64,000 nucleotides of DNA, from positions 157,343-221,342 of the IMG/VR virus record IMGVR_UViG_3300022866_000322; one strand, 5' to 3'. The notes under the pieces were generated by a model. The model searched no databases, was not told the DNA's origin, and saw only the letters and a program-made list of their open reading frames with translations. Shown here piece after piece: positions 40,398-47,939 of the stretch; positions within the stretch are counted from its first letter, which is position 1, and the number at the start of each line of letters is the position of its first letter. Position numbers and translations under genes: made by a program.

Positions 40398-40426
40398 TTG
40401 CTCTTTAGATATTTATCTGTTAAATT
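40398..40426 (+). promoter_or_regulatory. sigma70 promoter for the late sigma factor gene
   Basis: TTGCTC, 17-bp spacer, then TAAATT with an extended -10 TG at 40418-40419. Confidence 0.6.
40410..40417 (-). promoter_or_regulatory. Late promoter (GATAAATA) of the baseplate operon
   Basis: NATAAATA about 28 nt upstream of the ATG at 40382. Confidence 0.7.
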
Positions 40427-40453
40427 ATATGCTTATATAAAGGAATGCATTCC

Positions 40454-41314
40454 ATGAGAAAACAAAACTATCTCAACAACAGAGATATACTGAAAGAGAT
40501 ACACAAAAGCAAGAAAACATACTGCAAATCCACAACATCAGAAAACGGTGACTTTGATATTATTCTCCCTGGTGTTGAGCGAATCAACAAAACAAACATA
40601 GCAGAAGGGCGCAAACTACGTGCTGAACGTTTAGGCAGGGCCGCTTTTGATGCCGCACAACTAGAGTCAACAGTAAAACTTAAATTAGACGAGTTTAAGG
40701 TAAACACTCGTGATGTGCCTGCTACAGACGTTGTGTTTAGAATTATGACTTTCGAACACATACCACTTGACCCAAATGGTGGCAAGAGGAAAAAGAAAGA
40801 GATAAAAAAATTATTCATTGACAATGATGATCATGTTGATCAAGAGAACGAAATACCAGATGATATCCCTGTAGCGAAAAAACATGTTAGATGTAACTTC
40901 CCACCTTTCTTCCACTACAGAATTACCCAAGAAGGTGAGCCATACCTAGTATGTAAGAGTCATTGGATTGGTGATTTAGAAACGGGCGAGTTTTCAAAAG
41001 ATCATGGCACTATGACAAACAAGCTAGCTCACATGTTTATTAAGTTATGCGAACGCTATGCTACTCGGTCAAACTGGCGTGGTTACACATACAACGACGA
41101 AATGCGTAGCACTGCACTTGTGCAGTTAAGCCAAATTGGATTGCAATTTGATGAGTCAAAAAGTCAAAACCCGTTTGCATACTACACTGCCGCGATTACA
41201 AATAGTTTTACTAGAGTGTTAAATATGGAAAAGCGTAACCAAAATTTGCGTGATGATATATTGGAGATGAATAATCTAACTCCTAGCCATACCAGACAGA
41301 ACTCAGGCAAATAA
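40454..41314 (+). CDS. gp55: Late transcription sigma factor, gp55-like
   Basis: NYLNNRDIL..LAHMFIKLCERYATRSNWRGYTYNDEM..FDESKSQNPFAYYTAAITNSFTRVLNMEK. Start placed at the ATG at 40454 (AAGGA 9 nt upstream). Confidence 0.9.
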   Translation: MRKQNYLNNRDILKEIHKSKKTYCKSTTSENGDFDIILPGVERINKTNIAEGRKLRAERLGRAAFDAAQLESTVKLKLDEFKVNTRDVPATDVVFRIMTFEHIPLDPNGGKRKKKEIKKLFIDNDDHVDQENEIPDDIPVAKKHVRCNFPPFFHYRITQEGEPYLVCKSHWIGDLETGEFSKDHGTMTNKLAHMFIKLCERYATRSNWRGYTYNDEMRSTALVQLSQIGLQFDESKSQNPFAYYTAAITNSFTRVLNMEKRNQNLRDDILEMNNLTPSHTRQNSGK

Positions 41315-41324
41315 GCCAAAGACT

Positions 41325-41353
41325 TTGGCATATACAACTTTATGTGTTATAAT
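41325..41353 (+). promoter_or_regulatory. sigma70 promoter for gp47/gp46
   Basis: TTGGCA (41325-41330), 17-bp spacer, TATAAT (41348-41353). Confidence 0.8.
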
Positions 41354-41359
41354 TATTAG

Positions 41360-42379
41360 ATGACTAATCTATTTAAAAAAGCCGCTGTATGCACAGATAT
41401 CCACTTCGGATTAAAAAGCAATAGCACTCAACACAACGAGGACTGTTTAAACTTTATCAAGTGGTTTACTGCAAAGGCTAAACAAGAAGGTTGTGAAACT
41501 TGTATTTTTACAGGTGACTGGCATAATAATCGTGCCAGTATCAACATTGTTACTCTTAACTACAGTTTACGTGCACTAGAGCATCTAAACAACAATTTTG
41601 ATCATGTGTTCTTTATCCCAGGCAACCACGACTTGTACTACAGAGACAAGCGTGATGTGCAGAGTGTAGAGTGGGCTAGACACTTGTCCAATGTGCATAT
41701 CATGAACGATTGGCAACAAGAAGGCGATGTTATCTTTGCACCATGGATGGTAGGCGAAGACTACAAACGTGTGCCCAAGTATTCAGGCAAGTACATGTTT
41801 GGGCACTTTGAGTTGCCCAACTTCTTTATGAATGCTATGGTGCAGATGCCAGATCATGGTGAAATCAAAGCAGAAGCATTTGGCGGTATTGAGACTGTGT
41901 TCACTGGGCACTTTCACAAACGCCAAGTGCAACGCAACATACACTACATTGGCAACTGTTTCCCACACAACTATGCTGACGCCGCAGATGATCAACGTGG
42001 CATGATGGTGTTAGAGTGGGGAGAGGATCCAGAATACTTTAGTTGGGACGAACAGCCACGTTATCGTGTATACCAACTAAGTGATTTATTGCAGAACACA
42101 GAAGCGAGGCTACAGCCAGGCATGCATGTACGTGTTGATTTGGATGTGGATATCAGTTACGAAGAAGCTACCTTTATCAAAGAAACGTTTGTAAACACAT
42201 ACAAACTAAGAGAGATTACTCTTATACCACAAAAGCACATAGGCGACGATATCTCATTTGACACACAGGGTAATATTAAATTCGAAAGTGTAGATACTAT
42301 TGTTACTGATCAACTAACAAATATCAATAGTGAACAGTATAGTCCGAACATGCTGTTAGACATCTATAGAAATTTATGA
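41360..42379 (+). CDS. gp47: Recombination endonuclease, Mre11/SbcD-like
   Basis: Metallophosphoesterase motifs TDIHFG, GDWHNNR, GNHDLY, GHFE and GHFHKRQ. Confidence 0.93.
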   Translation: MTNLFKKAAVCTDIHFGLKSNSTQHNEDCLNFIKWFTAKAKQEGCETCIFTGDWHNNRASINIVTLNYSLRALEHLNNNFDHVFFIPGNHDLYYRDKRDVQSVEWARHLSNVHIMNDWQQEGDVIFAPWMVGEDYKRVPKYSGKYMFGHFELPNFFMNAMVQMPDHGEIKAEAFGGIETVFTGHFHKRQVQRNIHYIGNCFPHNYADAADDQRGMMVLEWGEDPEYFSWDEQPRYRVYQLSDLLQNTEARLQPGMHVRVDLDVDISYEEATFIKETFVNTYKLREITLIPQKHIGDDISFDTQGNIKFESVDTIVTDQLTNINSEQYSPNMLLDIYRNL

Positions 42380-42810
42380 GTTGGCGCACTATACAATTAG
42401 GCGATAGCAACTGTGACCAAGACCAAATTATCTTAGACTTATACAAGGATACTGCTGTAAATTACATAGGGAACGACCCTGATTTTGCTAGGAAATTAAC
42501 TTTAGATACCGACAGTGAACATGCTGTGGCAGTGTTTAATCAGCCCGGATTGTTGTCGGATTTTATTGATTTTGTACAGCAGTTAGCTGAATACAAAACA
42601 TTTTATTTGGGCATTAATCGCTATTTTATATTAGGCAATGATACTACAATAACATACGACACTGCTAGTAACACAGACAGTAAAAACCTCTTTTTTACAG
42701 TACAGCAGGTGTTAAATTGCAATATAGTGCAGTCAGGAACGTATGACAACGATCAAGGACGCTACTTTAATTTTGTGCAACCGTTGACTTGGATGTATGC
42801 AACAAACTAA
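42376..42810 (+). CDS. Hypothetical protein inserted between gp47 and gp46
   Basis: 144-aa ORF with ATGA coupling to gp47. Confidence 0.75.
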   Translation: MSWRTIQLGDSNCDQDQIILDLYKDTAVNYIGNDPDFARKLTLDTDSEHAVAVFNQPGLLSDFIDFVQQLAEYKTFYLGINRYFILGNDTTITYDTASNTDSKNLFFTVQQVLNCNIVQSGTYDNDQGRYFNFVQPLTWMYATN

Positions 42811-43345
42811 GATCACAGCAGAGAATCGTGACGATTTTTACAGGACTGTGTATCCTACTATCAGCATGGCCAAACATGAACTTATAGATTTAGATAAGTT
42901 ACCTGGCAAAAAGGTGCTGTTTGATAGCGCAGGATGGCACTACGAACAACTGTTTACAAATCAAAAGATTATCAAACTAGAACACTTAGACTCTTGTAGT
43001 TCTTACAAACTAGAGAGACAACAGTTTGATTACATTTATACAGACGCTAAGATTCCTGCACTAATGCTAAATGAAGGAACCCTGGTATACGACAATGGCA
43101 CTTATTTAAAATACAAAACTGCACAACAAATAAAGCAGTCAGTAGCGTACCTAAGTGAACGAATACAACCATCAGTTATTGTGTTACGCATGGTAACTAC
43201 AACTTTGAATGATTCACGCTTCGAAAACAGGATACAAAGTTTTCTAAACATTATCCCAGACAACTTCTACTTTACCAAGTTTGTCTATAATATAGACAAC
43301 GTGTACATGGAAATGAAAATTAAAAAGACCTATGATCTCAATTGA
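42797..43345 (+). CDS. Hypothetical protein inserted between gp47 and gp46
   Basis: 182-aa ORF overlapping both neighbours by 14 nt. Confidence 0.75.
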   Translation: MQQTKITAENRDDFYRTVYPTISMAKHELIDLDKLPGKKVLFDSAGWHYEQLFTNQKIIKLEHLDSCSSYKLERQQFDYIYTDAKIPALMLNEGTLVYDNGTYLKYKTAQQIKQSVAYLSERIQPSVIVLRMVTTTLNDSRFENRIQSFLNIIPDNFYFTKFVYNIDNVYMEMKIKKTYDLN

Positions 43346-44195
43346 TTTTGTTCCAGGCTCACACGGGCACTTTTTAGAGTATGTGTGTAACAAATACATC
43401 ATGGGGCAAAGCATAGACTTTAATCCTTTCAACAGCATAGGTGCAAGTCATGCCAAGTTTGATAACGAAAACTATAATAAAAACAAGCACTTCCGTGCAT
43501 TACATTATTCTATAGAGAACATAGATAGATCTGATAGTGTATTACGTATTACAGTCGATCACGATGATTTGTTGATGTTAACCGCAGTAACATTTTTACG
43601 TGCAGGCGATTCTAACATTAACTTAAACGATCTACAGCACAACACATACAACACACTGGCAAACAGCAAATACTTTTCATGGTTAGTGGATTCACTAAAC
43701 AAATCGTATCCCAACTTGAAAATGTCAGCAGACAACCCCAACTGCCCAAGACACATACTTAGGGAGTTTTTTAAATTTGGATTTACGCATCCAGAACAAA
43801 ATGGTTTGATTTTAGAGTACAACAAACTATCTTACCCGTCTGACATAAAATGTTTTGACTTTTCATACAAAAGTTTTTATAATAAACAGTTGTTTTACAA
43901 AAACCTTGACAAAATTGCTGATTGGGTTGGCAGGACCTGCAGTTTAGATATTAACGACACTATCTGGGATACGTTTTACAGTAAACAGATTTTTAGAAAT
44001 TACAAGTCGCATTGCAACAAAATAATTAATTGTATTGCAAACAAAGAAAGCCTAGCTATTCCTAATTTAGATTTATTGCAAGAAAGTTATATCAACGGTG
44101 TACTGGAAAAACAGTATAACATTGAGATGCCTTTTAATCAGGAAAAATATTTCACAAACACCACTGAGATAATCAAGCACTTATGTTTAAAGTAA
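43332..44195 (+). CDS. Hypothetical protein, possible sulfotransferase-like P-loop fold
   Basis: N-terminal IDFVPGSHGHFLEY loop and a late SYKSFY..F..LDKIADWVG segment resemble the sulfotransferase 5'-PSB and YEDL..I..FLG motifs. Confidence 0.4.
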   Translation: MISIDFVPGSHGHFLEYVCNKYIMGQSIDFNPFNSIGASHAKFDNENYNKNKHFRALHYSIENIDRSDSVLRITVDHDDLLMLTAVTFLRAGDSNINLNDLQHNTYNTLANSKYFSWLVDSLNKSYPNLKMSADNPNCPRHILREFFKFGFTHPEQNGLILEYNKLSYPSDIKCFDFSYKSFYNKQLFYKNLDKIADWVGRTCSLDINDTIWDTFYSKQIFRNYKSHCNKIINCIANKESLAIPNLDLLQESYINGVLEKQYNIEMPFNQEKYFTNTTEIIKHLCLK

Positions 44196-45952
44196 ATAAT
44201 CTAACAGTAAAAAACTTCATGAGCGTGGGCAATGCTACCCAGGCTGTTAATTTTGGTCGCAAGGATTTAACTCTTGTGTTGGGTCAAAATTTGGACTTAG
44301 GTGGTGACGATACTGGCGCACGTAATGGTACAGGCAAGACAACTATAATTAATGCGCTAAGTTATGCGCTGTACGGTGAAGCACTAACAAAGATTCGCAA
44401 AGATAACTTGATAAACAAAACCAATGGTAAAAACATGTTGGTTACTATTGAGTTTGAGAACAGCGGTGTTGGTTATAAGATAGAGCGCGGGCGCAAGCCT
44501 AACACTGTGGCATTTTACGTAGGCGGGCAAAAACAAGAAATTACAGATGAGTCACAGGGTGATTCAAGAGAGACACAAGCAGAGATAGAACGCATGTTAA
44601 ATATGAGCCACGACATGTTTAAACATATTGTGGCACTAAACACATACACAGAGCCGTTTTTGAGTTTACGTGCAAATGATCAACGTACAATTATTGAGCA
44701 GTTACTAGGCATTACTATGCTCAGCGAAAAAGCAGATGTGCTCAAGGAACAAAACAAGCAAACCAAGGGCGATATTACAGAAGAAGAGTATCGTATCAAA
44801 GCAGTACAGGACGCTAATGAGCGTGTGCAAGGGCAGATCGAAGCTACAAAACGCAGACAAACCTTGTGGCAAAACAAAAAACAAGAAGAAGTTGATAAGT
44901 TGGCAGGGGCACTAGAAAACTTAGACGGTATAGATATCGAAGCAGAGTTAAATGCACACGACGCATTAGATAAGCACAGTGTAATATCTAAAGAAGTAAG
45001 CGAAGTAAATCGCTGGAAAGTGTCAGGTAACCAGGAATGCACACGTTTAGAGAAGCACATCACAAGTTTAACTTCGGAAGTAGCAAAGTTAGAAAAGCAT
45101 GAGTGCTATGCATGTGGTCAAGAAATACATGATGAAAAACACTTAGAAGTACTAGAGAAGAAGAAGGCAACACTAGAAGAAACGGAACAGCAACTCAATG
45201 AAAGTAAAGAAAAAGTACAAGCTCAAGTTGATCAACTCGAGAAACTGGGAGATCCAGGGCCAATACCCAATGTGTTCTACGACTCAAAAGAAGACGCGAT
45301 CAATCACAAAAACACAATCGAAAACTTAACTAACCAGCTTGAAACAAAATTAGCAGAATCTGATCCGTATGAAGAACAGATTACTGAAATGGAAACACAG
45401 GCGGTACAAGAAGTTGATTACGACAAGATAAACTCACTTACTAACATAAAAGAACATCAAGACTTTTTATTGAAACTATTAACAAACAAGGATAGTTTTA
45501 TACGTAAACGCATTATAGATCAAAATTTGAGTTATCTAAACACAAGACTAATACAGTACTTGGATAGGATTGGACTTCCGCATACTGTACAGTTTAATAA
45601 CGATCTTACAGTAAGTATTGAAGAACTAGGTAGAGAACTAGACTTTGACAACTTGAGCAGGGGTGAACGCAACAGACTGATACTTAGTATGAGTTGGGCG
45701 TTCCGTGACGTGTGGGAAAGTTTGTATCAACAGATTAATTTGATGTTTATTGACGAAGTGATTGACACTGGCATGGATGCTAGTGGTGTTGAAAACAGTT
45801 TAGCAATACTTAAAAAGATGGCACGTGAAGGTAACCGTAGTGTTTGGCTAGTATCACACAAGGATGAACTAGCAGGGCGTGTTAACAATGTATTAAGTGT
45901 AGTGAAAGAAAATGGGTTCACTACATATAACAACGATGTAGAAATATCTTAA
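44183..45952 (+). CDS. gp46: Recombination ATPase, Rad50/SbcC-like
   Basis: Walker A GARNGTGKTT; coiled coil with CYACG zinc hook; LSRGE signature; LMFIDEVID Walker B; VSHK. Confidence 0.95.
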   Translation: MFKVNNLTVKNFMSVGNATQAVNFGRKDLTLVLGQNLDLGGDDTGARNGTGKTTIINALSYALYGEALTKIRKDNLINKTNGKNMLVTIEFENSGVGYKIERGRKPNTVAFYVGGQKQEITDESQGDSRETQAEIERMLNMSHDMFKHIVALNTYTEPFLSLRANDQRTIIEQLLGITMLSEKADVLKEQNKQTKGDITEEEYRIKAVQDANERVQGQIEATKRRQTLWQNKKQEEVDKLAGALENLDGIDIEAELNAHDALDKHSVISKEVSEVNRWKVSGNQECTRLEKHITSLTSEVAKLEKHECYACGQEIHDEKHLEVLEKKKATLEETEQQLNESKEKVQAQVDQLEKLGDPGPIPNVFYDSKEDAINHKNTIENLTNQLETKLAESDPYEEQITEMETQAVQEVDYDKINSLTNIKEHQDFLLKLLTNKDSFIRKRIIDQNLSYLNTRLIQYLDRIGLPHTVQFNNDLTVSIEELGRELDFDNLSRGERNRLILSMSWAFRDVWESLYQQINLMFIDEVIDTGMDASGVENSLAILKKMAREGNRSVWLVSHKDELAGRVNNVLSVVKENGFTTYNNDVEIS

Positions 45953-45980
45953 GATCAATTGGTCTTGATAATTATATGTA

Positions 45981-46403
45981 ATGTCATGGTTATTTGAATC
46001 TAAAGAAATAGAAGTACTACCAGAAGATTGTGTTGGATTCGTTTATTTGATAACGAATTTAACAAATAACCGTAAATACATCGGGAAGAAGCTTGCACGG
46101 TTTAAAACCACCAAGCCCCCACTTAAAGGCAGGAAGAACAAACGCCGTGGAACAAAAGAAAGTAACTGGCGTGAATATTATGGCTCAAACGACGAACTCA
46201 ACAAAGACATAGAACAACTAGGCACAGAAAACTTTCAAAGAGAAATACTCTACTATTGTAAAAGCAAGGCAGAATGCAGTTATATCGAGGCACGAGAACA
46301 ATTCAGACACAAAGTCTTAGAAACACCACAATACTATAACGGACATATACAAGTCCGTGTCCATGGCTCCCACATTATAAACAAATTAAGTAGTAACAGC
46401 TAA
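45981..46403 (+). CDS. Small GIY-YIG-family nuclease-like protein
   Basis: GFVYLITNLTNNRKYIGKK (GIY-YIG), YYGSND, FQREIL, E..EQF..YYN. Catalytic domain only. Confidence 0.8.
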   Translation: MSWLFESKEIEVLPEDCVGFVYLITNLTNNRKYIGKKLARFKTTKPPLKGRKNKRRGTKESNWREYYGSNDELNKDIEQLGTENFQREILYYCKSKAECSYIEAREQFRHKVLETPQYYNGHIQVRVHGSHIINKLSSNS

Positions 46404-46826
46404 CACAGGCTAATCTCGTGTGTACCAAACCTGACAGTAACGTGTGCAGGGACGTAAGACTTGCCGCTACAGCAAGCACTCAATCACTACCCATATGGAT
46501 GAAGACTCTCAATGCTAGAGTTTGATTGTTTGAACAGGATTCAATAAAGCTAAAAAGACGTAGTAGCGATACTACACGTTTATGTAATATGTTAGCGTAT
46601 GTTATATAAATCGCCGTTGTTATAAAGACGGAGCTCGAGGTACCGGACAACCGCCTCTGTAATGCTCTAATGCTAAGTGACTGTTATACTCAGATGAAGC
46701 AGTTTACTTTTTTGCCCGCCCTGGGCAAAGAGTGACCATGTGATCTAGATGAAACGTCTAAAAACATATCATTAAAAAACAAGTTGATGAGTGATAACGA
46801 AATCAACAGACTAACGAAGTTAGTCT
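46404..46826 (+). ncRNA. Candidate structured non-coding RNA or origin-like element (unassigned)
   Basis: ~420 nt with no ORF in a gene-dense genome. It contains many stems, several with G-U pairs (details in findings). Confidence 0.55.
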
Positions 46827-47044
46827 TAAAAGAATGGCATTCCTGACTTTTTAGTTGTTTCTAGATTATCTTTGATTAGTTTGGACATAAGTGATCTATC
46901 TTCTTGTGACAAAGACATACCTTCATCATAGGAAAGACTACCCCGCATATACCAACACAATTTAAGGATTTCTTCTTTTAAGGCTTTTGACTGTTTATCT
47001 AATGTGTCAAAGTAATCAAGCATGTCTGATTCAGACATGGCCAA
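46826..47044 (-). CDS. Baseplate hub assembly protein, gp51-like
   Basis: EEILKLCWYMRGSLSYDEGMSL..EDR; sits after the gp26-like gene. Confidence 0.6.
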   Translation of the reverse strand: MAMSESDMLDYFDTLDKQSKALKEEILKLCWYMRGSLSYDEGMSLSQEDRSLMSKLIKDNLETTKKSGMPFF

Positions 47045-47049
47045 AAGCC

Positions 47050-47883
47050 TTAGCCGAAAAAATTACTGAACTCAAAACTCATTGAAGCTTCGTACTGCTT
47101 CTCGCATTCAGGGCAACCAACATCAAACGGTTTAATTTTGTTTTGCGTTGCCAAGTGTTCTACATGGGTCTTGATTGTTTCGTAAACTTTCCTATCACAG
47201 TTGTTTAAGAAGTCCAGTATGTGCTTTTTGTTGGTAACATTAGTTTCGTCGATCGTGATACTCTCAATGCTATCTACTATAACACTTACATTCAGATCCG
47301 TTACTTGTGGTAGTAACTCATTGAATCTTTTGGTTTTTTCTTCGTCACTTAGGTCACTTGCCATGATTGTTTGCAGTAAACTCTGTGTCTTGAAGTTTGC
47401 TAGGTTACTGTTGTTAACAGTTTCGAATAGTTGAGGTTTAAATTGTATGATTAGATCGTCTGACGCTATGCTGTCAAACACAGGTTCTGTCATGGTATCC
47501 ATTAACACTCGCAAGTCTATAGCGTGTTCGTTAGTTTCGTTGCAATGCTTGCATTGTGATGTGATAGTAAGTTCATCACCGTAACTGGCTATTCTTAATG
47601 CTACAAGAATAGCGTCAAGGTCACATGCAGGAATCTTCCATGCATTTTTAATGTTGGGTAAACAGCTGGTAATTACATTAACAGTGCCTTCTCCGTTAAG
47701 CAGTGCGTCCGGAGTTTTGATTGTGATCTCATCCTTGACTGTCATCGGGTATACTGGAATCTGTCCTGACTCAGGAAGATCTATAGATCCTGCAGGCCAA
47801 TGCTTGCCTTTGCTAGGGAGTTCTAAATAAATTGCAGGTTGTCTAAAGTGTTTTGCTAACGGGTTATTTGGTTCATTTACCAT
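47050..47883 (-). CDS. gp26: Baseplate hub subunit, gp26-like
   Basis: NPLAKHFRQP.IYLELPSKG..VYPMTVKDE..TPDALLNG..DLDAILVALRIASYG..CKHC..CPEC. Start placed at the ATG at 47883 (AGGA RBS). Confidence 0.8.
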   Translation of the reverse strand: MVNEPNNPLAKHFRQPAIYLELPSKGKHWPAGSIDLPESGQIPVYPMTVKDEITIKTPDALLNGEGTVNVITSCLPNIKNAWKIPACDLDAILVALRIASYGDELTITSQCKHCNETNEHAIDLRVLMDTMTEPVFDSIASDDLIIQFKPQLFETVNNSNLANFKTQSLLQTIMASDLSDEEKTKRFNELLPQVTDLNVSVIVDSIESITIDETNVTNKKHILDFLNNCDRKVYETIKTHVEHLATQNKIKPFDVGCPECEKQYEASMSFEFSNFFG

Positions 47884-47895
47884 GGTTTTGAATCC

Positions 47896-47903
47896 TATAA
47901 ATA
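47896..47903 (+). promoter_or_regulatory. Late promoter (TATAAATA) for the tape measure gene
   Basis: Exact T4 late consensus. Confidence 0.8.
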
Positions 47904-47920
47904 GTATTACTAGATACAAT

Positions 47921-47928
47921 TATTTATA
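47921..47928 (-). promoter_or_regulatory. Late promoter (TATAAATA) for gp26/gp51-like genes
   Basis: Exact T4 late consensus on the minus strand. Confidence 0.8.
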
Positions 47929-47939
47929 AGTGAAAACAT

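Noticed and set aside
46690-46807. Hammerhead ribozyme (CAGATGA..GAAACGTC and TTGATGAG..CGAAA)
   Set aside because: The core deviates from CUGANGA and stems I-III cannot be formed consistently. In the second case the putative core is itself needed as the pairing strand.
45981-46826. Group I intron with a GIY-YIG homing endonuclease
   Set aside because: No recognisable P7 R/S elements; the flanking genes (gp46, gp51-like) are intact and convergent, so there are no exons to join. The protein also lacks the C-terminal DNA-binding modules of homing endonucleases.
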